Positions 13,174 to 25,248 of a stretch of 64,000 nt of DNA are shown piece by piece (position 1 is the stretch's first letter; each line of letters starts with the position of its first letter). The notes under the pieces are model-generated. The model worked only from the letters and a program-made list of their open reading frames with translations. It made no database searches and was not told the DNA's origin. The DNA comes from Octopus vulgaris. Its lineage: Eukaryota. Position numbers and translations under genes: made by a program. The stretch is from assembly GCA_951406725.2 (NCBI GenBank), contig OX597816.1, forward strand, positions 148,862,001 to 148,926,000. The letters run 5' to 3'.

Positions 13174-13494
13174 TATATAATATAATTCGAGACAAAACCA
13201 CTATTTTAAAACCAAACAAGGAAAGACTTAATCAATACATAAAATTTTAATATAAATTAAATAAACCGCCACTACAAATGTTTCATGTCTGCTACCGACA
13301 ATCTTCAGGTGGATTTTCGATCTTCTAATCAGTATCAAATTAGAAGATCGAAAATCCACCTGAAGATTGTCGGTAGCAGACATGAAACATTTGTAGTGGC
13401 GGTTTATTTAATTTATATTAAAATTTTATGTATTGATTAAGTCTTTCCTTGTTTGGTTTTAAAATAGTGGTTTTGTCTCGAATTATATTATATA
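13174..13494. repeat. Perfect inverted repeat, 156-bp arms, 9-nt loop (PLE-derived fold-back)
   Basis: 13174-13329 is the reverse complement of 13339-13494; loop cagtatcaa. The plus-strand copy continues to ~13570, then (TA)n. Confidence 0.93.
13356..13399 (+). ncRNA. Type-I hammerhead ribozyme motif (mirror copy on minus strand at 13269-13312)
   Basis: ccac-CUGAAGA-t-tgtc(ggtagca)gaca-t-GAAAC-attt-GUA-gtgg: intact core, stem I ccac/gtgg, GUA triplet; lacks the usual G10.1-C11.1 pair. Confidence 0.7.
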
Positions 13495-13674
13495 ATATTT
13501 TACTATAAAATTGGATTTAACCCTAAATCTGATTTTTCCCTGTAATTTTGGATTCATTCCCTAATATTTATTATATACATATATATATACATATATATAT
13601 ATGTATATGTGTATATATATATATATATACATACATATATATATATATACATACATACATATATATATACATAC

Positions 13675-13727
<53 letters not shown>

Positions 13728-13739
13728 CACATATATATA

Positions 13740-13790
<51 letters not shown>

Positions 13791-13797
13791 ATATATA

Positions 13798-13996
<199 letters not shown>

Positions 13997-14366
13997 CATA
14001 ATGACAAGAATTAGATTATATGGGTATCGCTACAAAAATGATTCGTTAAGACATTTTATTGTCACAAAACAGCGTACATGCATTTATGTAATACTTCCAG
14101 AAGATTATGCAAAACATTACATTTACGCTCTCAAGTCTTCGGGCTTAACCATATGCAGATCAATAATTGATATGTTGTCAGATAGGTTCAAAAGCGGATC
14201 CCCTTTAATATATACATATAGAAGTGTGTGTGTGTGTGTACGTGTGTGTGCGTGTGTGTGTGCATATATGTAGGTGATCATATATATAAATGTATCTCTC
14301 TCTCTCTCTCTAAATATATATATATATAGAGAGAGAGAGAGTGAGAGAGAGACAGAGAGAGATACC

Positions 14367-14417
<51 letters not shown>

Positions 14418-14420
<3 letters not shown>

Positions 14421-15110
14421 ACGCACCGTAGCAATAGACGCCAAATGCCCTGTTACCACCGGGGTGGGGTCTGCCGCGAAAGCGACATGCACACGGGAGA
14501 GGCCAAACGTCAGAATGCACCGAGCTCGATCCACCCCACTCTGTGGGTCCTCCGCTAATACTAGGTTGTAGCGTCGATCGTACAACTTGCGAGCCTACGA
14601 TCAGCCCCCCCCCCTACTAACGTGCGGGATAGGATGTACGATCGCCGCTACAACCTGTCTGTACAGCCTAGTGTCAGCGGAGATCCCACAAGCAGTGGTC
14701 GATCGAGCTCGGTGATCTCCGACGCTTGGCCTCTCCTGTGTGCAGGTCGCTTTCGAGGCAGACCCCGCTCAAGCGCAGCAGGGAACCCCAACTGCAGACC
14801 CGGAACAAAGTGGCTGCGCATCAGGGCCCCTACTTTCGGTGAGCGCAGTCACCAGCGCCAGGGCCGAGTTCCAACGCCCGTCCAGGCCAGAAAGGGACCC
14901 TGGGTGCCGGTGTATTAAGGTGGACCGTGCCACCCGTCAAGGGAGAGAGCTTACCAACTAGTACGGTTAACCGAAAATTTGTTGATTCATTATTTTTCTT
15001 TTGCTCGCCTACAATATAGTGTGTTATTCTCGGAGAATTTAAGATGGTAATAGGACATTTGGCGTCTATTTCTACAGTGCGTGGTGAGGCGTAAAGCCAA
15101 TATTTTGTTA
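14418..15110. mobile_element. GC-rich non-autonomous element with 43-bp inverted repeats and a large internal hairpin
   Basis: 14418-14460 versus 15043-15085 inverted, 38/43 identical; internal inverted repeat 14466-14584 versus 14635-14766; right end duplicated at 16388-16494. Confidence 0.75.
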
Positions 15111-15169
15111 TAATTATGTATATAATTAAATATTTTAAATATTTTAATTTTAAATATTTTAAATATTTT

Positions 15170-16260
15170 AAAAAGGTTTCAGCTGCAAAGCTGCGGTCAT
15201 GCTGGAGCACCACCGTTGACTGAGCTACACCATTATTTGGAACCTCCTCTAATACGTGGCATTTGGTCAATGAGGGAGTTTGATGCTGCTGCCCTCATCC
15301 GTGTTTCCTACCCTGAGTTAGGCTCGTCTGGAACCCGTAACAGGAAGAGATCCAGTTTTGTTTTAAAGACACATCCATGCCATGCAAGTCTCTCGGGCAC
15401 TTTGGAAAGATATTAAAGAGCTGTGGGCCCTTGAAGCCCAAGTTGTTGCAGTATCTGGTCCTGTATTTTGATGGCGATGCTGGGATCCTAGGCACTATGC
15501 AGTGGCGCCCCGTTCTGCAGTTTATATAACTTTCAATGCCAAAGTTTGGTACAAGGCCTTCTAGGATGTTCCAGATGTTTATCACTGCATATCTCTCCTG
15601 CCTTCGTTCCAGGGAGAAGAGTTTTAATTCTTTCAGTCTTTCCCAGTAGCTGACATGTTGCATTAAGACGATTTTCTTAGTGTAGCTTCGTTGGACTACT
15701 TCGAGTTCCGCCGTGGATTTTTTTATTGTGTGGTGGCCATAGTTGGGAGCAACAGTCTAAGCGGCTATGAACGTATGTCTCCAAAGGATCATCAATGTCT
15801 CCTTTTCTCTTGTTTTGAAAGTTCGGAGGATCCATCAAACCGGCCGCCTGCATTTTATTGCCAAATTGGTAATATGCATTTGGAAAGATGCATCATTGCT
15901 TATGCTAATGCCCAGGTCACGCACTGATCTTGATTCAGGGATTTCAATTCCTCCTGGGCCAGTGTATCCTGTCTGCATATCGTTTAGCTTTGTGTGCTGG
16001 TAGCGTAGGGCCTGGAATTTTCCTGCATTAAACTGCATGTTGTTGTCCCCAGCCCACCTGTATATTGCGTCCAACTCCTGTTGCAGATGTGCAATATTTC
16101 CAGGATTTTGTATTGTCTGAGAGACTTTTGTGCCATCTGCATAGCTAGCAAGGGTAGCTATCTGAGCAGCCGAGGGCATGTCTGAGAGGGTCACTATTAA
16201 CAGCAGTGACTCCAAGACAGTGCCCTGTGGAACACCACTTGCTATTTGCGTTTCATTAGG
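15170..16260 (-). mobile_element. CR1-like LINE, 5'-truncated (RT C-terminal half and 3' tail)
   Basis: SGVPQGTVLESLL..., YADGTK (YADD motif), WAGDNNMQFNAGKFQ, RDLGISIS and SYWERLKELKLFSLERRQERY; frameshifted. Confidence 0.88.
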
Positions 16261-16499
16261 TTTTTATTTCTGCGATGACTACCAGTAAAATCATTAACGA
16301 TTTTACCCTTTATTATAATTAATATTTGAAAATTTACTCCCTGATCGAAGCTGTATTAACTGCGGCCTAGTTCTTGATACACTACACGTGTGTTATTCTC
16401 TGAGATTTTAAGGTGGTAATAGGGCATTTGGAGTCTATTTCTACAGTGCGTGGTGAGGCGTAAAGCCAATCCCTTGTTATAATTATGTATATAAGTATA

Positions 16500-17290
<791 letters not shown>

Positions 17291-17789
17291 TAAACGGTAA
17301 GATAACAAAAGAAAGAGACCTCAATATTATATAAATAGAGGAAATTATCTGTAAATGTAATATGTGACAATTATTCGGTAGCCAAGATAAAACTCCAAGT
17401 TTCGGATGCCGAGGTTCGAACAGTTAATCACTATAAACAAATGTGTGTGTGCGTTCGCGAGCGTGTGTGGAAGACAATCAATAGCCCATGCATACAAGTT
17501 TCCCCTCCCCTTACCACCAATGATGTCCAAGGGAGAGCCAGTGCCGATACACTTTCGCGCCGTTGTCGTTGCAGGCGTTGCCCTCAGAATGCAAAGAGCC
17601 AACTCTGACGGCTCGACTCGCCCTAGATTAGCACTTTTTTATCGACCCCAAAAACGATAAAAAAATAATATTTACTTCGGCATGATTTGAACACTGGACG
17701 CAGTGAGTCAGAACAAAAATCTGCATGTTCTCTCGATGGCCTCTTCTCTTCATCAATGATAAGTTGAAACTCCAAAGTAGGTGCAGACT

Positions 17790-18700
17790 CCAAGATATAA
17801 TTGAAACTCAACATAACTTTTCTTGAAGTTTATGGGTCAAATCAAACTTTGTACCTGGGCTGGTGATGATCGTATTATGAGTCTGTCTATCAAATTCATC
17901 AACAATGTACAGCTACAGAAACCGAGGCTCTTCATTGTGGAGGGGCTGAAATGACCCAGTCATGTGAAGGATTTTATCTAATACTTTAAAAGTTGGCGTG
18001 GATTCCCCTTCTCCTATGGTGTTGGCTCCAAAAGAAGTTATTTGCAAGATAGATTTATGTTTTCTGACGTTCTTCAGTAGTGGCAATAAGAATCTGATTT
18101 GGGGATTCCGATTGATTAGCAAAAACTGGTAGATTACATTTCCATTGAAACAACACATTTCTTTTGTCCTTAGTTTCCAGATCTTGGAGAAGCTCTAGTT
18201 GCAAATTTTTGACAAAGTACCAACTGAAATGACTTTTTTTTTCGAAAGAATAGTCAATTTCCAAAATCTTAGTTCAAGGCAGCTCTTTTCTACGGTTCAT
18301 GTGTGTATGGCCGGGATCAAATCTTTACTTGTCTTGCTCTTTGAGATTTTTCCTTAGTTTGAGGCTGTTGTGAGATTTTATGGTGTCTATGTACTGTTTA
18401 TCTAGCATTATTATGTTGAAGGCGAACTTATAGTTCATCAGGTGTCTCCAGTTGTCTATTGGCAGCCTGTCTGGTGGCATTAAGTTTACGGTGATTATCA
18501 TGTTCATTGTCAGCCTCAAGTTTAATGCGAGTTGCATTTCTGGAAGTACTAACTTGCAGTTTTTGTTAATGCAATTTATCTGTTTCTGCTGCCGTCAGCG
18601 TTTGGCAGCAGAAAATGTTGTAGGTGGAGCACATTATTTCTGTGGCATTATTGATGAAAACAAATTTTAAAAAGCAATTGTAAGCAAGCATCTTTCTTTT
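17790..18700 (-). pseudogene. Helitron Rep/Hel N-terminal relic
   Basis: MCCFNGNV...NVRKHKSILQITSFGA...PTFKVLDKILHMTGSFQP..NEEPRFL*LYIVD resembles the Helitron block CC..G...NIR.YN..FQMTSFG...FK.QGQ.YH..GSL.P....P.F.Q.Y..D. Confidence 0.72.
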
Positions 18701-19397
18701 TCTTGATACACTACGGAGGAGAAAAAAACTTTCATAAAAAAAAGTAAGCAAGAAGCTACAGAACGTTGATGTTGTAGGATGAAATTATCATTACCTGGTA
18801 CTGCTTCGTGGTTCTTCGTGGTTATAAGTTAAGAGAAAAATTGTAAAAATTTGATTTCAAGAAATGCAAGAAGTGACAGAACGCATGAAGACGTAAACAA
18901 AGAGTAACTAAAAAGATTGTTTTAGAGACATTTTTTATAAATAAAATGACTTTTCGTGTCAAACCTCAGAATATACTGGAAAATTTTTACGAATATCAGT
19001 AATCGTTCAGAGACAGGAGGAGAGATGGTGAAAGTAAAGCCGTTAGAGAGACAAATAAGGGAAGATGAAAAATAATAACGTCCAGTACATATTTCCCCTT
19101 CTCCATTCCTACCTTCTTTTTTATAATTTAATTTTTCTTTTTTTTTTCTGTTGCTCGTGTTTCCTGATGATAGCGACGATGCTCGCAAATTTTTATGAGA
19201 TGTAAACACTAAGAGAGAGAGAGAGAGGGAGCACAGAAAGCAAGAGAGAGAGAGAGAAATAGACAAAGAAAGAGAGCATTCGTGACAATTAGCAGAAGAT
19301 TAAATAAAGTTGAAAGAGAGAGAAAGTAGTGGGGAATAAAAAAGAGAAACAGATGATCATACATGTGTATGTGTATGATATATATATAAATATTCAC

Positions 19398-19429
<32 letters not shown>

Positions 19430-19501
19430 GTCTATATATAAATATATACACGTATGTATTTATGTATGTCTATATATAAATATATACACGTATGTATTTA
19501 T

Positions 19502-19570
<69 letters not shown>

Positions 19571-19572
<2 letters not shown>

Positions 19573-19865
19573 GCGCAATGCCCCAGTGGTTAGGGCAACG
19601 GACTCGCGGTCGTAGGACTGCGGTTTCGATTCCCAGACCGGGCGTTGTTAGTGTTTATTGAGCGGAAACACCTAAAAGCTCCACGAGGCTCCGGCAGGGG
19701 TGGTGATCTCTGCTGAACTCTTTCACCACTCTTTCTCCCACTCTTCCTTCTGTTGGCCTGCTCGCTTAGCCAGCGGGGTGGCGTCATTCGAAGGCTAAAA
19801 CAATGCGAACGCATTGTGACCAGCGATGTGTAACTACATCTGATGGACTGGTCGGTCATGTGATA
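19571..19865 (+). mobile_element. tRNA-derived SINE (head related to 2220-2470)
   Basis: ggcgcaatgccccagtggttagg A box, ggtttcgattccc B box, then gtgtttattgagcggaaacacct; flanked by (GT)n and (TA)n. Confidence 0.82.
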
Positions 19866-19892
19866 TATATATATGCACACACACATACATAC

Positions 19893-19931
<39 letters not shown>

Positions 19932-19937
19932 GAGACA

Positions 19938-19984
<47 letters not shown>

Positions 19985-20154
19985 GAAGGAAGAAAGAAAG
20001 AAAGAAAGAGAATATATGATAGATGAAAGAATGAGAAGTGGATCGACAAGTAAAACCTGCAGAGTATGAAGTGAGGCAACTATAGAATGGTAACGATTGT
20101 AACATGAAAAGGAGAAGTTCGAGGAGAATCAGACACGCATTAAACATACACATT

Positions 20155-20231
<77 letters not shown>

Positions 20232-20329
20232 ATAAATAAATATAAGGGTAGCAAAAAATTCTAGAAAAAATCCTCCGCTACCAGCGGTCTAGTGAGAAAG
20301 AAAATATAGTCAAAGACTATATAATATAC

Positions 20330-20364
20330 ATTCAACAATATAAGGAATGCCATTCCTTATATTG

Positions 20365-20370
<6 letters not shown>
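20330..20370. repeat. Perfect 20-bp-arm palindrome with 1-nt centre, at the end of a (TA)n-flanked unit
   Basis: attcaacaatataaggaatg-c-cattccttatattgttgaat. Confidence 0.9.
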
Positions 20371-20424
<54 letters not shown>

Positions 20425-20449
20425 CTAAAAGTTCAAAACGGGATGTAAG

Positions 20450-20740
20450 TAGTAACAATACTAGACTGTACCGTTTTTTTTTTGTTTGTTTGTTTTGCTA
20501 CTATAACATAGCTGTTACTACATTTTAAAACCATCTCTAGCAGGCAGGTGTCCAGTAAAGACCCAGAAACCATGGTCTGCTGATCTTGCTAAACTGGAGA
20601 GGAGTGATTCGCTCCCTTACAATATATCAGACATAGGTTGTGTGTCGTTAACCAGCCGGAAACGACGTTTTCCTAGGGTTAAAATTTAGTGACATAGTTC
20701 TTTATAGAACAGCTACGTTATAGTGGCAAAATAACGTTAC
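20450..20740. mobile_element. MITE-like element
   Basis: ttttgctactataacatagctgtt (20493-20516) inverted with aacagctacgttatagtggcaaaa (20708-20731); outer ends tagtaac / gttacta. Confidence 0.55.
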
Positions 20741-20989
20741 TATATATATATATATATTAATGATTTCATTTTGATGCAGCGATACTAATAACCAGTTGTT
20801 AGAACTTAATATATTTATGCTTTGACGTAAAGTGTCAGCAAGATACAGAGTATAATATCAATTAATAAATGGCAAAAGATCAGGGTTCATGTAATTGCCG
20901 TCATTGGCTTACACCATTTTCTGCGAAGAGAAGCATTGAACTCAGAGCTGAGTAGTTGTACGGTATCTAATGGCTTCCTCGGTGTCATT

Positions 20990-21200
20990 AAAATCCTTTC
21001 TACTATAGGCACAAGGCCTCAAATTTTGAGAGATGAGAATAGTCGATTACACTGATCCCAGTGTTCAACAGGTTCTTAATTTATCGACTCCGAAAGGATG
21101 AAAGGCAAAGACGACCTCAGCGGAATTTAAACTCAGAACGTAGCGGCAGACGAAATACTGCTAAGCATTTCGCCCGGCGTTCTAATGATCCAGCTCGCCG
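20990..21200 (-). mobile_element. Nin-domain SINE
   Basis: Reverse complement of the family core (atcgactccgaaaggatgaaaggcaaagacgacctc...aactcagaacgt). Confidence 0.82.
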
Positions 21201-22115
21201 CATCCATCGGTGTCATTAAAATGAAGTGAATATTTATTATGGAAAGCATTTAAATGCATAGCTCTATATTTAAGTATTTTCGGAAATAAACATACACTTC
21301 TTTTTAACGACTCCATTGAAGCCTTCGAATATCGTACAGTCTCTCATAGATGTCACCTGCTAACAACAGCAAAAAAGAAATATAGTAATGAAAAGCATAA
21401 GCATCAGTAGTGAGCGCATAAGCAAGTATTCCCTACACGACGACCTCGCATACAAGCCCAAAACAGCTGGACTAACATACCTCGAAGAAAATCTAGATGT
21501 AGAACGCTGAGTATAACAAATAAAGGTCGTGTGTAGGTATGTTTCCCGAAGGCTTGAAGAAAACTGTAAGATAAACATGAAGTGTAGCCTCTCTTGAACT
21601 TGAGACTCCTACATGACATCACTCTTCGAAGACTACGCATTTGCAATCCAAGAACAGGGGGTTGTTACAAAATACCTAATAAGCAAAAAGACACTAAAGT
21701 CCTTGAGGCCCTCAGGTTATGTCACATTTCTGTGAAAGACACCATACGGGATTAATAGCTGCTCAAAAATGTTACCATGGTACCACCTACCTATGCGACA
21801 TGACGTTGTCGCTAAAATACTATACAATTAAATCTAAAGAAAAGACTGTTCTGTAATAATTGTAGAGATTCCTCTGTTATTGAATTCTTTTCTTTTCTTT
21901 TATTCTTTTACTTGTTTCAGTCATTTGACTGCGGCCATGCTGGAGCACCGCCTTTAGTCGAGCAAATCGACCCCGGGACTTATTCTTTGTAAGCCAAGTA
22001 CTTATTCTATCGGTCTCTTTTGCCAAACCGCTAAGTGACGGGAACGTAAACACACCAGCATCGGTTGTCCAGCAATGCTAGGGGGACAAACACAGACTCA
22101 CAAACATATACACAC

Positions 22116-22156
<41 letters not shown>

Positions 22157-22299
22157 TCGGGGTGAGTACTTGATAATTGTAATCGGGGTGAGTACTTGAT
22201 ATCTGCATATGTTTACACGTGAGTACGTATGTATGCTTATATGCTTGTGGCTGGGTATGCGTGCATATATGTGCGCGTGTATATGGGTGTATGTATCCA

Positions 22300-23070
22300 T
22301 GCGGGTACGTATGTACAAGATGACCACTTAATACGTTACGAAAAATTAGAGGAACTAGATAAGCTGCTCAACTACTCTGATTTACAATACACTAAGTCCC
22401 CAGACGCCCCTGTTGATTTATGACACCCAAGACTTCTACAACCAGAATTTGTCATTTCCCTGACCACCATGTTTGGTCCGTAACTACTATATATCCCTTA
22501 TCCTTATATTCTTTTACATTTTTTATTATTTTTATTTCTATTTTTATTTTTATAACTTTATACCTTTATATTCATTTATATTTTTTATATTTTTTTTTAT
22601 ATTTTTTATATCTCTTTATATCTTTATACTCTACATTTTTATATTTTTCTATACCTACACTTTTTATATATTTTTTATCCTTCGTCCTAAATTCTCGCCC
22701 CTCCATCTTTATCTCTATTTACTCTTATTACCAGGTTCCTTCACGTCTGTCTGCATTTATATATTTATATATGTATATATTTATTTATTTACATTACTTC
22801 AACATCCAAATTTCCTCATTCTACATTGAGAGAAGAACGAGATGGACGCTTCATTTTTATGCTGTTGCCGCATTATGTCGTACGCGAATGAGAGGATTTG
22901 CATCCCCAACCAAGAATTTTTGATGTAATACATGTCCTTGTGGAAGTTGTCGTGCGCGGCTGAAGAAGGCCACAGACATACATTATGCATTGTTATAAAT
23001 CCGTCTAATAAAGGCCCGAAACATATGTACCGCTGAATCCTTGGCATCATGTTTTTATTTTGATTAATTT
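22300..23070 (+). mobile_element. PLE 3' end (ORF tail, T-rich UTR, hammerhead)
   Basis: Short ORF tail (..LDKLLN..), a T-rich low-complexity UTR at 22490-22800 and a hammerhead at 22956-23033, ending in (TA)n. Confidence 0.6.
22956..23033 (+). ncRNA. Type-I hammerhead ribozyme with extended stem II
   Basis: gcgg-CUGAAGA-a-ggcc..agac(loop)gtct..ggcc-c-GAAAC-atat-GUA-ccgc: intact core, stem I gcgg/ccgc, palindromic stem III acatatgt. Confidence 0.78.
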
Positions 23071-23269
23071 ATATATATATATATATATATACATATATAC
23101 GACAGGCTTCTTTCAGTTTCCGTCTACCAAATCCACTCACAAGGCATTGGTCGGCCCGAGGCTATAGCAGAAGACACTCGCCCAAGATGCCACGCAGTGG
23201 GACTGAACCCGGAACCATGTGGTTGGTTAGCAAGCTACTTACCACACAGCCACTCCTGCGCCTAGATAC

Positions 23270-23680
23270 ATAAACTTCAACACAAGGAATATTAGTGGAG
23301 CATTGCCATCAAAACTTGTATCAATTGTAAACATAACAGCCGGATATTACTTCTGACAGACAAGGAAAGGTATGTATCATCATAAAGGCTGGCTACCCCA
23401 GCTGATGTGAATATCTCTTTGAAAATCAAAGAGAAAGGAGATGACTATGGAAACCTACATCGCCGCCTCAAGCTTTTATACCTAGATTATAAATTCACTT
23501 TCACCCTAATAATAATTGGTGCTCTTAATTTTGTCGGTAAATACCGAAGTGACAATCTGGATAAGCTAAGGTTTTCACAAAAAGAAATCACCCAGCTAAT
23601 TTGCATATTACAAATACAATCTGAAAGTGGAACAGTAAAAATATTTATCAAGTTCAAAATGTTAATGTGTTTTGCTTATC
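23270..23680 (+). mobile_element. RLE-type LINE 3' fragment (restriction-like endonuclease)
   Basis: Interrupted frames give CKHN.PDI, PADVNISLKIKEKGDDYGNLHRRLKLLY and FTLIIIGAL, i.e. the PD..K..KY..L..GALG pattern of the RLE domain. Confidence 0.6.
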
Positions 23681-23786
23681 TATATTCCATCGATGGAGCT
23701 TTATATCTTGTTAGAAACCAATTCCTTCCTTACAGAAAGAATTCAAATAATTGAAAATACGTATGAGCGTACGTATTTGTGTATAA

Positions 23787-23845
<59 letters not shown>

Positions 23846-24559
23846 CGTGGTGTGGGGTGGTGTGTAAGTAACTCCGTGTGTACTTGTAAGCATATATGTA
23901 TAGCAAAAAGAAATTCGAAAAGTACAAGAACAACAAAAATACAAGACTTGATGTTATTAGGCTGACACTAGATATATAGATACGTGTATGTGTGTGTGTG
24001 CATTAATGTGTTTATATGTGTGTGTATATAATATACATACGTTCATTCAGACATACATATAAACATATATCCATATATATATACACACATACATATACTT
24101 GAATGCATATATACATACCTACATACATACTTACATGCAATCATACATAGACATATGTATACGTATCTGAGTACATATGCATGTGTATATATTCTTATCG
24201 TTCAGGTTGACCAACAATGAAATTTAGATGTTTCTAAATTTAGTACCTCGTAAATTTGAGCAAATTCCAATCTACACTTTCAAACTGCAACCTTTTAATG
24301 CTACCTCTATCGTTTTCCTCAAGTATTTGTTTGTCATTTTTGGATCCCCTGTGTCTGAAGCATTCTTTGTGATAATAATAAGTGACTTCTTTTCTTTAAA
24401 AGAAAGTTATAACTGATGTCTACTTATTTAGCAATACATAGTTATCTAGGTCTCTAATTGTCTATATATCTGTTTATTCATCTATTTATCCGTTAGTCAA
24501 CCTATATATATATATATATATATATATGGAGTTAACGCAGGTGTTATTGAAAGTCTTTT

Positions 24560-24645
24560 ACTTCCGACACATGTTTCGAAGATATCACTGGTATTATTCC
24601 AAAGGAATAAAATGGTGTAAAACAATGTAATCTCTTCAGGGAAGT
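24560..24645 (-). ncRNA. Type-I hammerhead ribozyme with ~55-nt stem-II insert
   Basis: Minus: acttcc-CUGAAGA-g...c-GAAAC-atgt-GUC-ggaagt: intact core, 6-bp stem I, G10.1-C11.1, GUC triplet. Lies in a ~180-bp unit (24528-24710) between (TA)n tracts. Confidence 0.8.
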
Positions 24646-24709
24646 GAAGAAATGAAACTCGTCCATAATACATTTTAACAGAAAATGATGAATATGTATA
24701 GTGATTAAC

Positions 24710-24772
<63 letters not shown>

Positions 24773-25016
24773 CGGGAAGGTTTACGAAAATAAACAAAAG
24801 ACGAAGGCAAGTGGAGTACAAACAAACAATGTATTAGTATGGCGCTCAATATATATATATATATATTTATATGTGTATGTATGTATGTGTGTGTGTGTGT
24901 ATGCATGTATGTATACATATAAATTTAACATGAGCGATTCTTTCTTGTCTTGGGATTCACGGCGGGGTGGAATTACATAGATATGTAGAATGATCCTGTG
25001 GTGTTGCTGGGCTTTG

Positions 25017-25248
25017 TATTTTTTCGTAGCTCTCATGTTTACCGAGATAATCGTCTATAATAATACCCTTGTGTTTATGAATGAGAAAGGAAGGGGTGAT
25101 AGAGGAATAAGGAAGGAAGGCGTAATGTCATATTTTTTCATAGCTCCCATGGTTACCGAGATAATCTATAATAATAGATAACTCTTGTGTTTATGAATGA
25201 GGAAGGAAGGAGTGATAGAGGAATAAGGAAGGAAGGGGTGATGTCATA
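25017..25248 (+). repeat. Tandem duplication of a ~115-bp unit
   Basis: tttttc.tagctc.catg.ttaccgagataatc...gtgtttatgaatgag.aaggaagg.gtgatagaggaataaggaaggaagg.gt.atgtcata occurs twice head to tail. Confidence 0.85.

Larger units (their letters stand above)
21900..23263 (-). mobile_element. CORE-like SINE split by a PLE insertion in its internal (TA)n
   Basis: 3' half at 21900-22117 and 5' half at 23095-23263, colinear on the minus strand and both well preserved. Confidence 0.85.

Noticed and set aside
19571-19650. tRNA-like sequences here and at 2395-2468, 23190-23263, 51348-51420
   Set aside because: A/B boxes present but no proper acceptor stem, and each continues into a SINE body; they are SINE heads, not tRNA genes.
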